IMG/VR virus record: IMGVR_UViG_3300042905_003904 | Coordinates: 1 to 64,000 of that record | From: a virus | Direction: 5' to 3' (one strand) | Length of the DNA stretch: 64,000 nt | Shown: one piece after another, positions 36,321 to 44,939 of the stretch | How positions within the stretch are numbered: the first letter of the stretch is position 1 | Layout: every line of letters starts with the position of its first letter | The notes under the pieces: model-generated | What the model was told of the DNA's origin: nothing | Databases searched by the model: none | The model's input: only the letters and a program-made list of their open reading frames with translations | Made by a program: the position numbers and the translations under genes

Positions 36321-37162
36321 TGAAACATCGAATTAATTTCTTCGACACCAACACAGGACCGAGTCCATTTGCTAATATGCACTGGCCGGTGCCTGATGAT
36401 GTAGAATACATTAAGCCGCCTCTTTTAGAGTATGATGGTATTACAGTATTCACCGATGAACAATGTTTTAGTCCTATAGTAGATCAAGTTAAATCCAAAT
36501 GGAAAATAGCATGGGCATTTGAGTCTCCGGCTATTAAGCCACATGTTTACCAGCATATTGATCAAATATCCCATAAATTTGATCAAATTTATGTATGCAA
36601 CCCAAGTATGGGAAACGGAAACCCCAAATACAAACAAAGTTATTTTGGGGCGTGCTGGATCCCAGAATCCCATTGTCAGATTTATCCTAAATCTAAATTA
36701 CTTTCTATAGTAGCCTCCAATAAAAACTATGCTCAAGGACACCAATTGAGGCATGAGGTTATTAGAAACAAGATGCACCCAGCATTAGACCTCTGGGGCT
36801 CTGGATATAATAAATTTGGCGACGAGCCATCAGAACGAATTAAACCATTTGTCCCCTATCAATATGTCATTGTCATCGAAAATTGCCAATATCCTGGATA
36901 TTTTACGGATAAAATTGTGGATTGTTTTGCTGCTGGTTGTATTCCTATCTATTGGGGTAACCCAAAAATTAAAGAACTATTTGATTCCAGGGGATTCTAC
37001 ACGTGGACCACTATCAGAGAACTAGGATTAATTCTAGACCATATTTCTAATGAAGATTATGAGTCTAAGAGACCGTATATCGAAGAAAACTTTAAAAGAT
37101 TCCCAGAATTTGCTTCTCCAGATCGATGGATGGCCCGAAATTGTTATGACTTACTAAAATGA
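36320..37162 (+). CDS. GT10 (fucosyltransferase-like) glycosyltransferase
   Basis: IENC...GYFTDKIVDCF..GCIPIYWG. Confidence 0.85.
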   Translation: MKHRINFFDTNTGPSPFANMHWPVPDDVEYIKPPLLEYDGITVFTDEQCFSPIVDQVKSKWKIAWAFESPAIKPHVYQHIDQISHKFDQIYVCNPSMGNGNPKYKQSYFGACWIPESHCQIYPKSKLLSIVASNKNYAQGHQLRHEVIRNKMHPALDLWGSGYNKFGDEPSERIKPFVPYQYVIVIENCQYPGYFTDKIVDCFAAGCIPIYWGNPKIKELFDSRGFYTWTTIRELGLILDHISNEDYESKRPYIEENFKRFPEFASPDRWMARNCYDLLK

Positions 37163-37974
37163 AATATTGTATACTAGGTAGCGAAGGACAGATAGGTTCT
37201 GTTTTAAAAGACGTGTTAAAGAAGGAAGGGCATGAGGTCCTTGAGATTGATTTGGTTTTGGGGCCAGAACACGATTTGCGGTATGATCGTGCCTGTGTAG
37301 TAGAGCGAGCAATTATGGATTCTGATTTTGTATTTTTCCTGGCATTTGACGTCGGGGGAAGTCATTATCTCCAGAAACATCAACACACTTTTGAATTTCT
37401 TCATAACAATATTCAGATGATGGTTAGAACCTTTGAGTATTTAAGAAAATATTCTAAACCATTCATTTTTGCATCCAGTCAGATGTCTAATATGAGTTAT
37501 TCTTCATATGGAACTGCTAAGGCGGTTGGAGAACTTTATACCAAGGCCTTAAATGGTTTAATTGTTAAGTTTTGGAATGTTTATGGGGTAGAAAAGGACT
37601 TAAACAAATCCCATGTGATTACAGATTTTATTAATCAAGCCAAGCAGGGTCGTATTTGGATGAAAACAGACGGAACGGAGCAAAGACAGTTCTTATTTGC
37701 TGAAGACGCTTGTTATGCCTTACTGACGCTGGCGGAAAAATATGATTCCGTTCCGAGAGAGGAACAGTTACACATCACTTCCTTTGAATGGCGAAGCATT
37801 TTAGATATTGCAGAATTAATTGCTTATTATATTCCTGCCGAAGTAATACCAGCAACGGCAAAGGATACTGTTCAGCAGGATAAACGAAATGAACCTGATG
37901 ACTTTATCTTAAAATATTGGCAACCAGTCACTCGCCTCCCAGAAGGCATTAAAAAAATTATAGACACGATATGA
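37159..37974 (+). CDS. NAD-dependent nucleotide-sugar epimerase/dehydratase
   Basis: GSEGQIG, FASS, YGTAK, NVYG, RQFLF. Confidence 0.88.
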   Translation: MKYCILGSEGQIGSVLKDVLKKEGHEVLEIDLVLGPEHDLRYDRACVVERAIMDSDFVFFLAFDVGGSHYLQKHQHTFEFLHNNIQMMVRTFEYLRKYSKPFIFASSQMSNMSYSSYGTAKAVGELYTKALNGLIVKFWNVYGVEKDLNKSHVITDFINQAKQGRIWMKTDGTEQRQFLFAEDACYALLTLAEKYDSVPREEQLHITSFEWRSILDIAELIAYYIPAEVIPATAKDTVQQDKRNEPDDFILKYWQPVTRLPEGIKKIIDTI

Positions 37975-38957
37975 AACAAAAGCGCGCAATAGTATTTGGG
38001 GCTGGTGGATTTATTGGTGGGCATCTGGTAACTCGATTGAAATTGGAGGGATATAGAGTTTTGGGTGTAGACCTAAAGACTCATGAGTATCCTCACACCA
38101 TTTACGCGGATGACTTTTTTATAAAGGACTTAACAGATCCTTGGACATTAACGGAAATCATCAAAAACTGGCCTTGCGACGACCTTTATCAACTAGCCGC
38201 AGACATGGGTGGTGCTCCATATATCTTTTCTGGACAGAATGATGCGAACGTCATGCTCAATTCCGCAGGCATTAATATCAACACTATCAATTCAGTGGCT
38301 GGTCTTCTGGTGGGAAGCCGTCCAAGAATTTTCTACAGTTCTTCAGCATGTATATATCCTGCGTATAATCAATTAGATCCCCTCAACCCAAATTGTAAAG
38401 AGGATTCTGCTTATCCAGCGGCTCCTGATTCTGAATATGGGTGGGAAAAGCTATTTAGTGAGCGACTATATCTAGCAGCATCTCGCAACTATGGGTTGGA
38501 TGTTAGGATTGCAAGGTTTCACAACATCTTCGGCCCATTTGGAACTTGGTGTGGGGGCAAAGAAAAGGCACCGGCCGCCATTTGCCGTAAAATAGCACAA
38601 GCAGAAACGGGGGATACTATTGATATCATTGGGGACGGAGAACAAACTCGTTCATTTCTGTATGTGGATGAATGTGTGGAGGGGATTCGACGATTGATGG
38701 AAAGCAATTTCCCAGGACCTGTTAATATTGGTTCCGAAGAAATGATTAGTATCAATCAATTGGTCGCAGTTGTTTCTCAAATTGCTGGCAAACGAGTGAT
38801 TCTAAACCACATTGACGGTCCTCAAGGTGTTCGTGGTAGGAACTCTGACAATACGTTACTAAAGCAGAAGTTATGTTGGGCTCCCTCTCAACCATTAACG
38901 TCTGGATTGACTAAAACCTATAAATGGATCGAAAAACAAACAAAGCACAATACTTGA
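37971..38957 (+). CDS. GDP-mannose 3,5-epimerase-like
   Basis: GAGGFIG, LAADMGG, SSACIYP, YGWEKLFSE, GGKEKAPAA.CRK, GPQGVRGRNSDN. Confidence 0.88.
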   Translation: MKQKRAIVFGAGGFIGGHLVTRLKLEGYRVLGVDLKTHEYPHTIYADDFFIKDLTDPWTLTEIIKNWPCDDLYQLAADMGGAPYIFSGQNDANVMLNSAGININTINSVAGLLVGSRPRIFYSSSACIYPAYNQLDPLNPNCKEDSAYPAAPDSEYGWEKLFSERLYLAASRNYGLDVRIARFHNIFGPFGTWCGGKEKAPAAICRKIAQAETGDTIDIIGDGEQTRSFLYVDECVEGIRRLMESNFPGPVNIGSEEMISINQLVAVVSQIAGKRVILNHIDGPQGVRGRNSDNTLLKQKLCWAPSQPLTSGLTKTYKWIEKQTKHNT

Positions 38958-38991
38958 TTTTTCTGAATTATGCAAGAAAATTGTATAATAG

Positions 38992-40800
38992 ATGAAACAA
39001 GTAGTTTTCAAACAAGGCAGTATTCGGAATTTCTTATCTTTTGGGGAAGATACTTTTCATTTTCAGTTTTCGTCTGGGATTACTCTAATAACCGGAGAAA
39101 ATAGAGACAAGGGAGGAAAAAACGGCGTTGGAAAGTCAGGGGTCCCGGAATTTATTGCATGGGTCGTTTTTGGTAACACCTTAAGAGACATTAAGAAGGA
39201 TCAGATCACTTATGATAAGGCTACTTCTCCTTGTTATGGGGAGATAGAATTTGAGATTATTGATAACAATGTCATCAATCGGTATCATATCAAGCGACAG
39301 TTGGATCCCAATAGTGTCACTTTCATCAAAAACGGGGAAGATATTACAAGATCATCCATGCCTAAGACGGATGAGCTGATTCAAACTACAATCGGGGCCA
39401 ATATTGAAGTATTTCGCAATGCTATCATTATGTCCTCCACTAATACCTTACCCTTTATGGCTCAGGGTAAGACAGCCAAGCGCAAGTTTGTTGAGGGAGT
39501 ATTGAAACTGGGTATCTTTAGCAACATGCTGCTAAAGGTTCGATTGGATTATAATGATGAAAAGCGGGAAAATGACATTACTTCCACCCAGTTCTTGGAG
39601 AAAAACAAGAATTTAGACGTCTATCAGGCCCAATTAGAGAAAAATACTGCCCAGAAGCAATTAAAAATTAAAGAAATCCGGGATAAGATTGCAGAAAATC
39701 AGAAAACCATCGAGGAATTAACCAAAACCGGCGATATTAATCTCAAAAAGATTGCTTTGGCTCAGAAAATTGCCACTATTGAGGGCAAATTAGCCAAATT
39801 AGAAGAAAGAAATCAAAGTGAATCAGTCACTTATCAGGAAATTCTTAAAAATGAACATGTTTTAAGTGCTGAAAATCAAAGATTAAAGAAAGAACGCAAA
39901 GACGCATCAGAAAAGACCGGAACGTGTCCGACCTGTAAGCGTTCTTATTCGGATGCAGAAGAAAAGAAGCACCTTCAGCAACACTTGGTGGAATTAGATG
40001 CTAAGATTAAGCAATCTAAAGAGGAACATGATAAAGTAGAGGCAAAAAGGAAAAAACAGGAAGGAATTAATTTCTTAATTCAACAAGGCTTGACGAAATT
40101 AAGAAATACAGCTAAGCAGTCCTTTGAAGAACAGTCCAGTCTAGCACTATCCACAGAAAAGGTCAATCAACTGCAGGAATCCAATAGGTCCATGCAGCAA
40201 AACATCGATTCTTTAGAGACTGAGAAGGATTCGATGGAGACTTTAATCCAGAATACCCAAAAGGAACGAGAAACCACCGAAAAGACCCTGAAAGAAATTC
40301 AAAAGAAGCTGGTCATTTTAGAGACAGCCAAATTTGTGGTTTCAGAAGAGGGGGTAAAGAGCTATATCATCAAGAAATTGTTAGGCTTGCTGAATTCTAG
40401 GCTGAATTTTTATCTCCAAGCCCTGGAAGCCCCATGTAAATGTGAATTTAATGAGACCTTTGAGGAGACATTGACCAGTGATAACGGACAACAGAAGTCT
40501 TATTTCAATTACTCAAGTGGTGAAGCGCGCAGAATTGATTTGGCTATCCTGTTTATGTTCCAAGATATCCTAAGAATTCAGAGCGGAATATCATACAATA
40601 TCAGTATATATGATGAATTGTTGGATTCCGCCCTAGACGAGAAGGGTTCTATAAAGGTTCTGGATATTTTGCGGTCTCGGGTGGAACAATATAACGAAGC
40701 CGTCTATATTATCAGCCACAACAAAACGACTAGCAGCAATATTGACCAAACAATTGTTCTTGAAAAAATAAATGGTTGCACTAAAATTGCGTCTATCTAA
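38992..40800 (+). CDS. gp46: Recombination ATPase (gp46/Rad50-like)
   Basis: NFLSFG, NGVGKS, CPTC zinc hook, YSSGE, YDELLD, ISH. Confidence 0.93.
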   Translation: MKQVVFKQGSIRNFLSFGEDTFHFQFSSGITLITGENRDKGGKNGVGKSGVPEFIAWVVFGNTLRDIKKDQITYDKATSPCYGEIEFEIIDNNVINRYHIKRQLDPNSVTFIKNGEDITRSSMPKTDELIQTTIGANIEVFRNAIIMSSTNTLPFMAQGKTAKRKFVEGVLKLGIFSNMLLKVRLDYNDEKRENDITSTQFLEKNKNLDVYQAQLEKNTAQKQLKIKEIRDKIAENQKTIEELTKTGDINLKKIALAQKIATIEGKLAKLEERNQSESVTYQEILKNEHVLSAENQRLKKERKDASEKTGTCPTCKRSYSDAEEKKHLQQHLVELDAKIKQSKEEHDKVEAKRKKQEGINFLIQQGLTKLRNTAKQSFEEQSSLALSTEKVNQLQESNRSMQQNIDSLETEKDSMETLIQNTQKERETTEKTLKEIQKKLVILETAKFVVSEEGVKSYIIKKLLGLLNSRLNFYLQALEAPCKCEFNETFEETLTSDNGQQKSYFNYSSGEARRIDLAILFMFQDILRIQSGISYNISIYDELLDSALDEKGSIKVLDILRSRVEQYNEAVYIISHNKTTSSNIDQTIVLEKINGCTKIASI

Positions 40801-40937
40801 TATGTCAAAAAATTCAGCAGCAGTAGAAAAATGCGATAAAAGAATGGGTGGATATTCCCAAGCACAAAGAAATAATCTGCTCCGCCAGTCAAATAATTTA
40901 CAGTGCAAATATAAAAATCTCAATTATACTAAACAAA

Positions 40938-41759
40938 ATGACTAGTCCTATTCTTAATTTGGCAGAAAAATTTGAAAATAATCAGTGTGAGGGTCATACC
41001 ACAGGCTATCCAGCATACTTCATTCGCTTGAAGGGTTGCAATTTCCATTGTGGAATCGGATCTAAGCATATTAAAGAGATTCAAGATGCTGGTAGAAATA
41101 ATACCGATTCAGGAACTTTTATTGGCCAATTACACAAAGAAGGGTCTGCTACTTGGACTTGTGATACAGCACCCCTTTGGTTGTTTGGTGATAAAACCCC
41201 ATTTCAAGAAATTGTAGATGATTGGAAGAAATTGGATATTTTTGAATGGGTAAAAGAAGGCAGAGTTCATATTATCTGGAGTGGCGGTGAGCCCACTATT
41301 TTAAAACACCAGAAATCTATTATCGAATGTTTGGATTGGCTTCATGCTGATGATAAATTTCCGCAAACGTATAATGAAGTCGAAACTAATGGTTCCTTTT
41401 ATCTAGAACCAAAGTTTTTTGAGTGGATGCAACAGATTAACTGTTCTGCAAAGCTGGCCAATTCTGGAATGTCTAAAGAAAAGAGAATAGTTCCTGCTGC
41501 TATAAATCGAATTATGGAGCATCCTAATTATTGGTTTAAATTTGTAATTTCCGAAGAGAAAGACGTAGAAGAAATTATTAGAGATTACATTACTCCTTTT
41601 AATATTCCGTGGAGTCGAACAATTTTAATGCCTGGTTTGGATGATCGAGAAGACTTTCATGAAAGAACCCGATTCTGTTTAGAGATGGCGAAGAAATATG
41701 GATTTATTGGACTTACCCGTCTTCATGTTTCCTGTTGGAATAAGTGCGTAGGGGTGTAA
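40938..41759 (+). CDS. queE: 7-carboxy-7-deazaguanine synthase QueE (radical SAM)
   Basis: QCEG...G.PAYFIRLKGCNFHC...WTCDT, SGGEP, EVETNG, S.KL.NSG, FKFVI, RLHV..W. Confidence 0.88.
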   Translation: MTSPILNLAEKFENNQCEGHTTGYPAYFIRLKGCNFHCGIGSKHIKEIQDAGRNNTDSGTFIGQLHKEGSATWTCDTAPLWLFGDKTPFQEIVDDWKKLDIFEWVKEGRVHIIWSGGEPTILKHQKSIIECLDWLHADDKFPQTYNEVETNGSFYLEPKFFEWMQQINCSAKLANSGMSKEKRIVPAAINRIMEHPNYWFKFVISEEKDVEEIIRDYITPFNIPWSRTILMPGLDDREDFHERTRFCLEMAKKYGFIGLTRLHVSCWNKCVGV

Positions 41760-41892
41760 TGAAAATATTTCTTCCCAGAATACCAACAGCTACGCCATAC
41801 AACAAAATGGAATTTGTTTCTATTTGGATGCTTAATTATGGCGGAACGTATAATAATGCTGTAAGGGTCTATCAGACAGCACTACTAGTCTG

Positions 41893-42042
41893 ATGAAATA
41901 CATAGCCACAATTGTTATAGCCGCCTGGTGGCTTGCTGGTATTGCAATTGCAAAGGGGTTCTTTTCGACTATATTTTCAATCATGATACCACCCTATGCT
42001 TTCTATCTTGTGGTTGAGAAATTAGTTGTTCGTTTCCTATAA
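41893..42042 (+). CDS. Small membrane protein (49 aa)
   Basis: MKYIATIVIAAWWLAGIAIAKGFFSTIFSIMIPPYAFYLVVEKLVVRFL. Confidence 0.55.
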   Translation: MKYIATIVIAAWWLAGIAIAKGFFSTIFSIMIPPYAFYLVVEKLVVRFL

Positions 42043-42096
42043 ATAATTTTAGGATTAAAACTCTAGCCATTTCTCCCATGAATTCTAAGTTAATAC

Positions 42097-43416
42097 ATGG
42101 CATTGAAACTAAAAGATTCGCAAAATACTCTATCGGAAAATCGCGTAGTATATGAGTATCAGAATTTCAGCGGTGAGATTCCCTTTGCCCCCAATACACT
42201 ACCATCTACAGTAAATGTGCCGCGGTTAGTTGGGATGAAGCCAATCCATGTCCCCGCCGCGCCAAAAATTGTCATGCCGGAAGAAAATCTCCCGAGATCC
42301 ATTAACTACGCTGCAGATTTTGGGGGATGTGGGTTCTGGCGCATAGATGCCCCCACAGAATTACTCAATCGTCACCAACGGGCATGTATATCTACACTAA
42401 CCCAAATGGTTTTAGATCGGAATTTCTATGGGCCGCTTAAATCTGTTCGACTTCAACGACAAGCAACTTCCCAGCAGAAGGATTTCTTAAAGCATCTTCG
42501 GGAAATTAGTAAACTAAACGGAATGCGCCTCATCTATGAAATTGATGATGTAGTCTTTTCTGAGGATATTCCTGATTATAATCGTTGTAAGGAAGGGTTT
42601 ACTGATCCGGCCGTGCGGGAATGTATCCTAGACATTATGAAAGACATGGACGAAATTACCGTCACATGCCCTTACATGAAGGAATACTACCGTGAGAAGA
42701 CCGGGAATAAGAATATTACAGTGTTGCCTAACTATGCACCAAAGTCTTGGCTGGGTCGATTCTATAACAAGGAAGAAATGGTGCGGAAATTAGAACAACA
42801 GAAGAAGCGTCCTCGTATCTTATACAGTGGAAGTGGAACGCACGTAGATTTGGCGTATAAAACAGGCGGCAACGACGATTTCACCCATTGTATTTCTGAA
42901 ATTATCAAGGCCCGCAAACGATTTAAATTTGTTTGGAAGGGCTGCTACCCACTTGCTGTTAAACCGTTTATTGATTCAGGCGAAATGGAGTTTATTGAAT
43001 GGTCTATTCTTCCTAATTATGGACAGGGACTACTAGATGCTAATTGCGTGGCTAGCATGACTATGCTTACTGATAACAATTTTAATAGATGCAAGAGCGA
43101 TATTAAAATGATTGAATCTGGTGCAATAGGTATGCCAGGAGCATATCAAGATATGGTGACTTATGATCATGCCCCTATTAAATTTAAAACCGGAGCTGAA
43201 TTAATTGACCAGTTGGATTATATTGTAGCAGACGTTGACCGCTACGCCCAACTCAGTCAGCGGGCATATGATTTTACTGCATCAAAATTTTTAGATTTGC
43301 CTGAAAACTTGGACCAGTTCTATGCGATTTACTTCTCCGCTTATGGCAGCGAAGAACGCAATAAATTATCACCCAAACTTATAGAGTTAAATCCAGAACA
43401 AAAGTTTAAATCTTAA
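42097..43416 (+). CDS. GT-B glycosyltransferase (phage type)
   Basis: ADFGGCGFWRI, YEIDD, ITVT, LPNY, GSGTH, DNNFNRCKSDIK.IE. Confidence 0.8.
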   Translation: MALKLKDSQNTLSENRVVYEYQNFSGEIPFAPNTLPSTVNVPRLVGMKPIHVPAAPKIVMPEENLPRSINYAADFGGCGFWRIDAPTELLNRHQRACISTLTQMVLDRNFYGPLKSVRLQRQATSQQKDFLKHLREISKLNGMRLIYEIDDVVFSEDIPDYNRCKEGFTDPAVRECILDIMKDMDEITVTCPYMKEYYREKTGNKNITVLPNYAPKSWLGRFYNKEEMVRKLEQQKKRPRILYSGSGTHVDLAYKTGGNDDFTHCISEIIKARKRFKFVWKGCYPLAVKPFIDSGEMEFIEWSILPNYGQGLLDANCVASMTMLTDNNFNRCKSDIKMIESGAIGMPGAYQDMVTYDHAPIKFKTGAELIDQLDYIVADVDRYAQLSQRAYDFTASKFLDLPENLDQFYAIYFSAYGSEERNKLSPKLIELNPEQKFKS

Positions 43417-44320
43417 AACAATCTACTAATTGTAATCCTTTAAGTGGCCCTGAAGAAATTGGTATTTGAGATTTGAGTGTGCGCTGCAGCAAGCCAACTC
43501 GATGTTTGGGTAAACCAATATCCGCCATTACATCCCGAAGACTGCCATAATAGTATATAGTTTCATTGGCAATGGTATCTTGAATGTGCCAAAGTTTAAA
43601 CATTGAGGATTTAAACTTTTGAACTACAGATGGATGATGATGTTTGCCCAATATCCAACTAGGTTTTCCATATAAATGACTATTTTTCCCTTGAATTTGT
43701 GGTCTTGGACCTTTCATTTTTTCTATGGTCTCTAGTGAAAGTTTTTTGCCGTAATTTGGATTATTAATACCACTATTAGCTTTGCTAATTTTTTCGTTAC
43801 GTATGCGAGCTACTTCTGGGTCTATTTTTTTGTTTTTTGCCGCAATAGAAAACTTTAAACATGTTTCTGGGCTTCTTTTTTGGCCTTTATTGGCTTTAGA
43901 TAACTTTAGTTTTGTTTCTATTGAATGATGTTTACCCGTCCATGCTCCTACTTTACCATAATTTGGATTCCCCTCTCCTTTAAATTTTTCGGAACACAAT
44001 TTTTTATAATCCCGACGAAGATAAGCATATGTTTTGGAATTTATTTTTATATTACTCACACAAGACATTAAAAAGGATGCTCGAATCATATTGTTTTTAT
44101 CTTCCCCATTTGTCATCCGCACTAATAGTAGATGGCAAATAAAATGTTCTCTAGCTGTTAGGTTAACTAAATTAGCACCAAGGCTACCACCCATACTTTT
44201 GGGTAGAATATGATGCTTTTCAAAATAAGCGGGTTCAATTATTGGATTTAGGATGCGGTGGTTGATTATATTAAAATACCATTTTGTATATTTAGAATCA
44301 TTAAATTGTGAATAAATCAT
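43406..44320 (-). CDS. HNH homing endonuclease with NUMOD3 repeats
   Basis: EKHHILPKSMGG...NLVNLTAREHFICHLLL; GKHHSIETK.K.S repeats; TAAGTA 5 nt before the ATG at 44320. Confidence 0.88.
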   Translation of the reverse strand: MIYSQFNDSKYTKWYFNIINHRILNPIIEPAYFEKHHILPKSMGGSLGANLVNLTAREHFICHLLLVRMTNGEDKNNMIRASFLMSCVSNIKINSKTYAYLRRDYKKLCSEKFKGEGNPNYGKVGAWTGKHHSIETKLKLSKANKGQKRSPETCLKFSIAAKNKKIDPEVARIRNEKISKANSGINNPNYGKKLSLETIEKMKGPRPQIQGKNSHLYGKPSWILGKHHHPSVVQKFKSSMFKLWHIQDTIANETIYYYGSLRDVMADIGLPKHRVGLLQRTLKSQIPISSGPLKGLQLVDCFKI

Positions 44321-44401
44321 GAAACTACTTATCCGAGTATTAGGCCTTTTACTTTTATATTTTCTTGAATTCCTCTTAAATTCATCAGAAGATAGTATCT
44401 G

Positions 44402-44596
44402 ATGAAAGCACCTTCTCTTTATACTTTTGATGATCTCCGCCAATTAGTAAATGGCGAAATTGGTAAGATTGAATATAAAGGTAAATGGATACCAGCAAGG
44501 CCTGTAGGGTTCTTTTCCTGGAGATACCGATTATCTTTAGCTTGGGGTGTGTTTACTGGGAAATTAGATGCCTTAAAATGGCCCGGAGGGCAATAG
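44402..44596 (+). CDS. Small hypothetical phage protein
   Basis: WIPARP...RL.LAWGVFTGK.DAL.WPG motif. Confidence 0.6.
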   Translation: MKAPSLYTFDDLRQLVNGEIGKIEYKGKWIPARPVGFFSWRYRLSLAWGVFTGKLDALKWPGGQ

Positions 44597-44597
44597 A

Positions 44598-44939
44598 ATG
44601 AAACATATAATTCGACAAATTGGGGATAAGAGTTTCCGGGAATATGCTTTTGATGAGAATGAAAATGGTTATTATTTGATGAGGCGCCTAGGGCTCTTTA
44701 AAAATAAGGGTTACTGCAACAATAAACCAGATTATAAGGGTTCTTGGATTCCGTGCTATATTGGGATGGAAGGACCAGATCATGGTTTAAGACCATATGC
44801 CCACATTAAAAATTTAGAATGGGGTGAAATGTCTGATGAAAGTTTAGATTGTTCTATTTGTGAATTTTTAGGACCTATTAATAAAGAGTTAGACGCAATA
44901 GGTGGTTTGGTGGATAATTTTGCAACATACAAATACTAA
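44598..44939 (+). CDS. Hypothetical protein
   Basis: 113-aa ORF coupled to the polymerase start. Confidence 0.55.
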   Translation: MKHIIRQIGDKSFREYAFDENENGYYLMRRLGLFKNKGYCNNKPDYKGSWIPCYIGMEGPDHGLRPYAHIKNLEWGEMSDESLDCSICEFLGPINKELDAIGGLVDNFATYKY

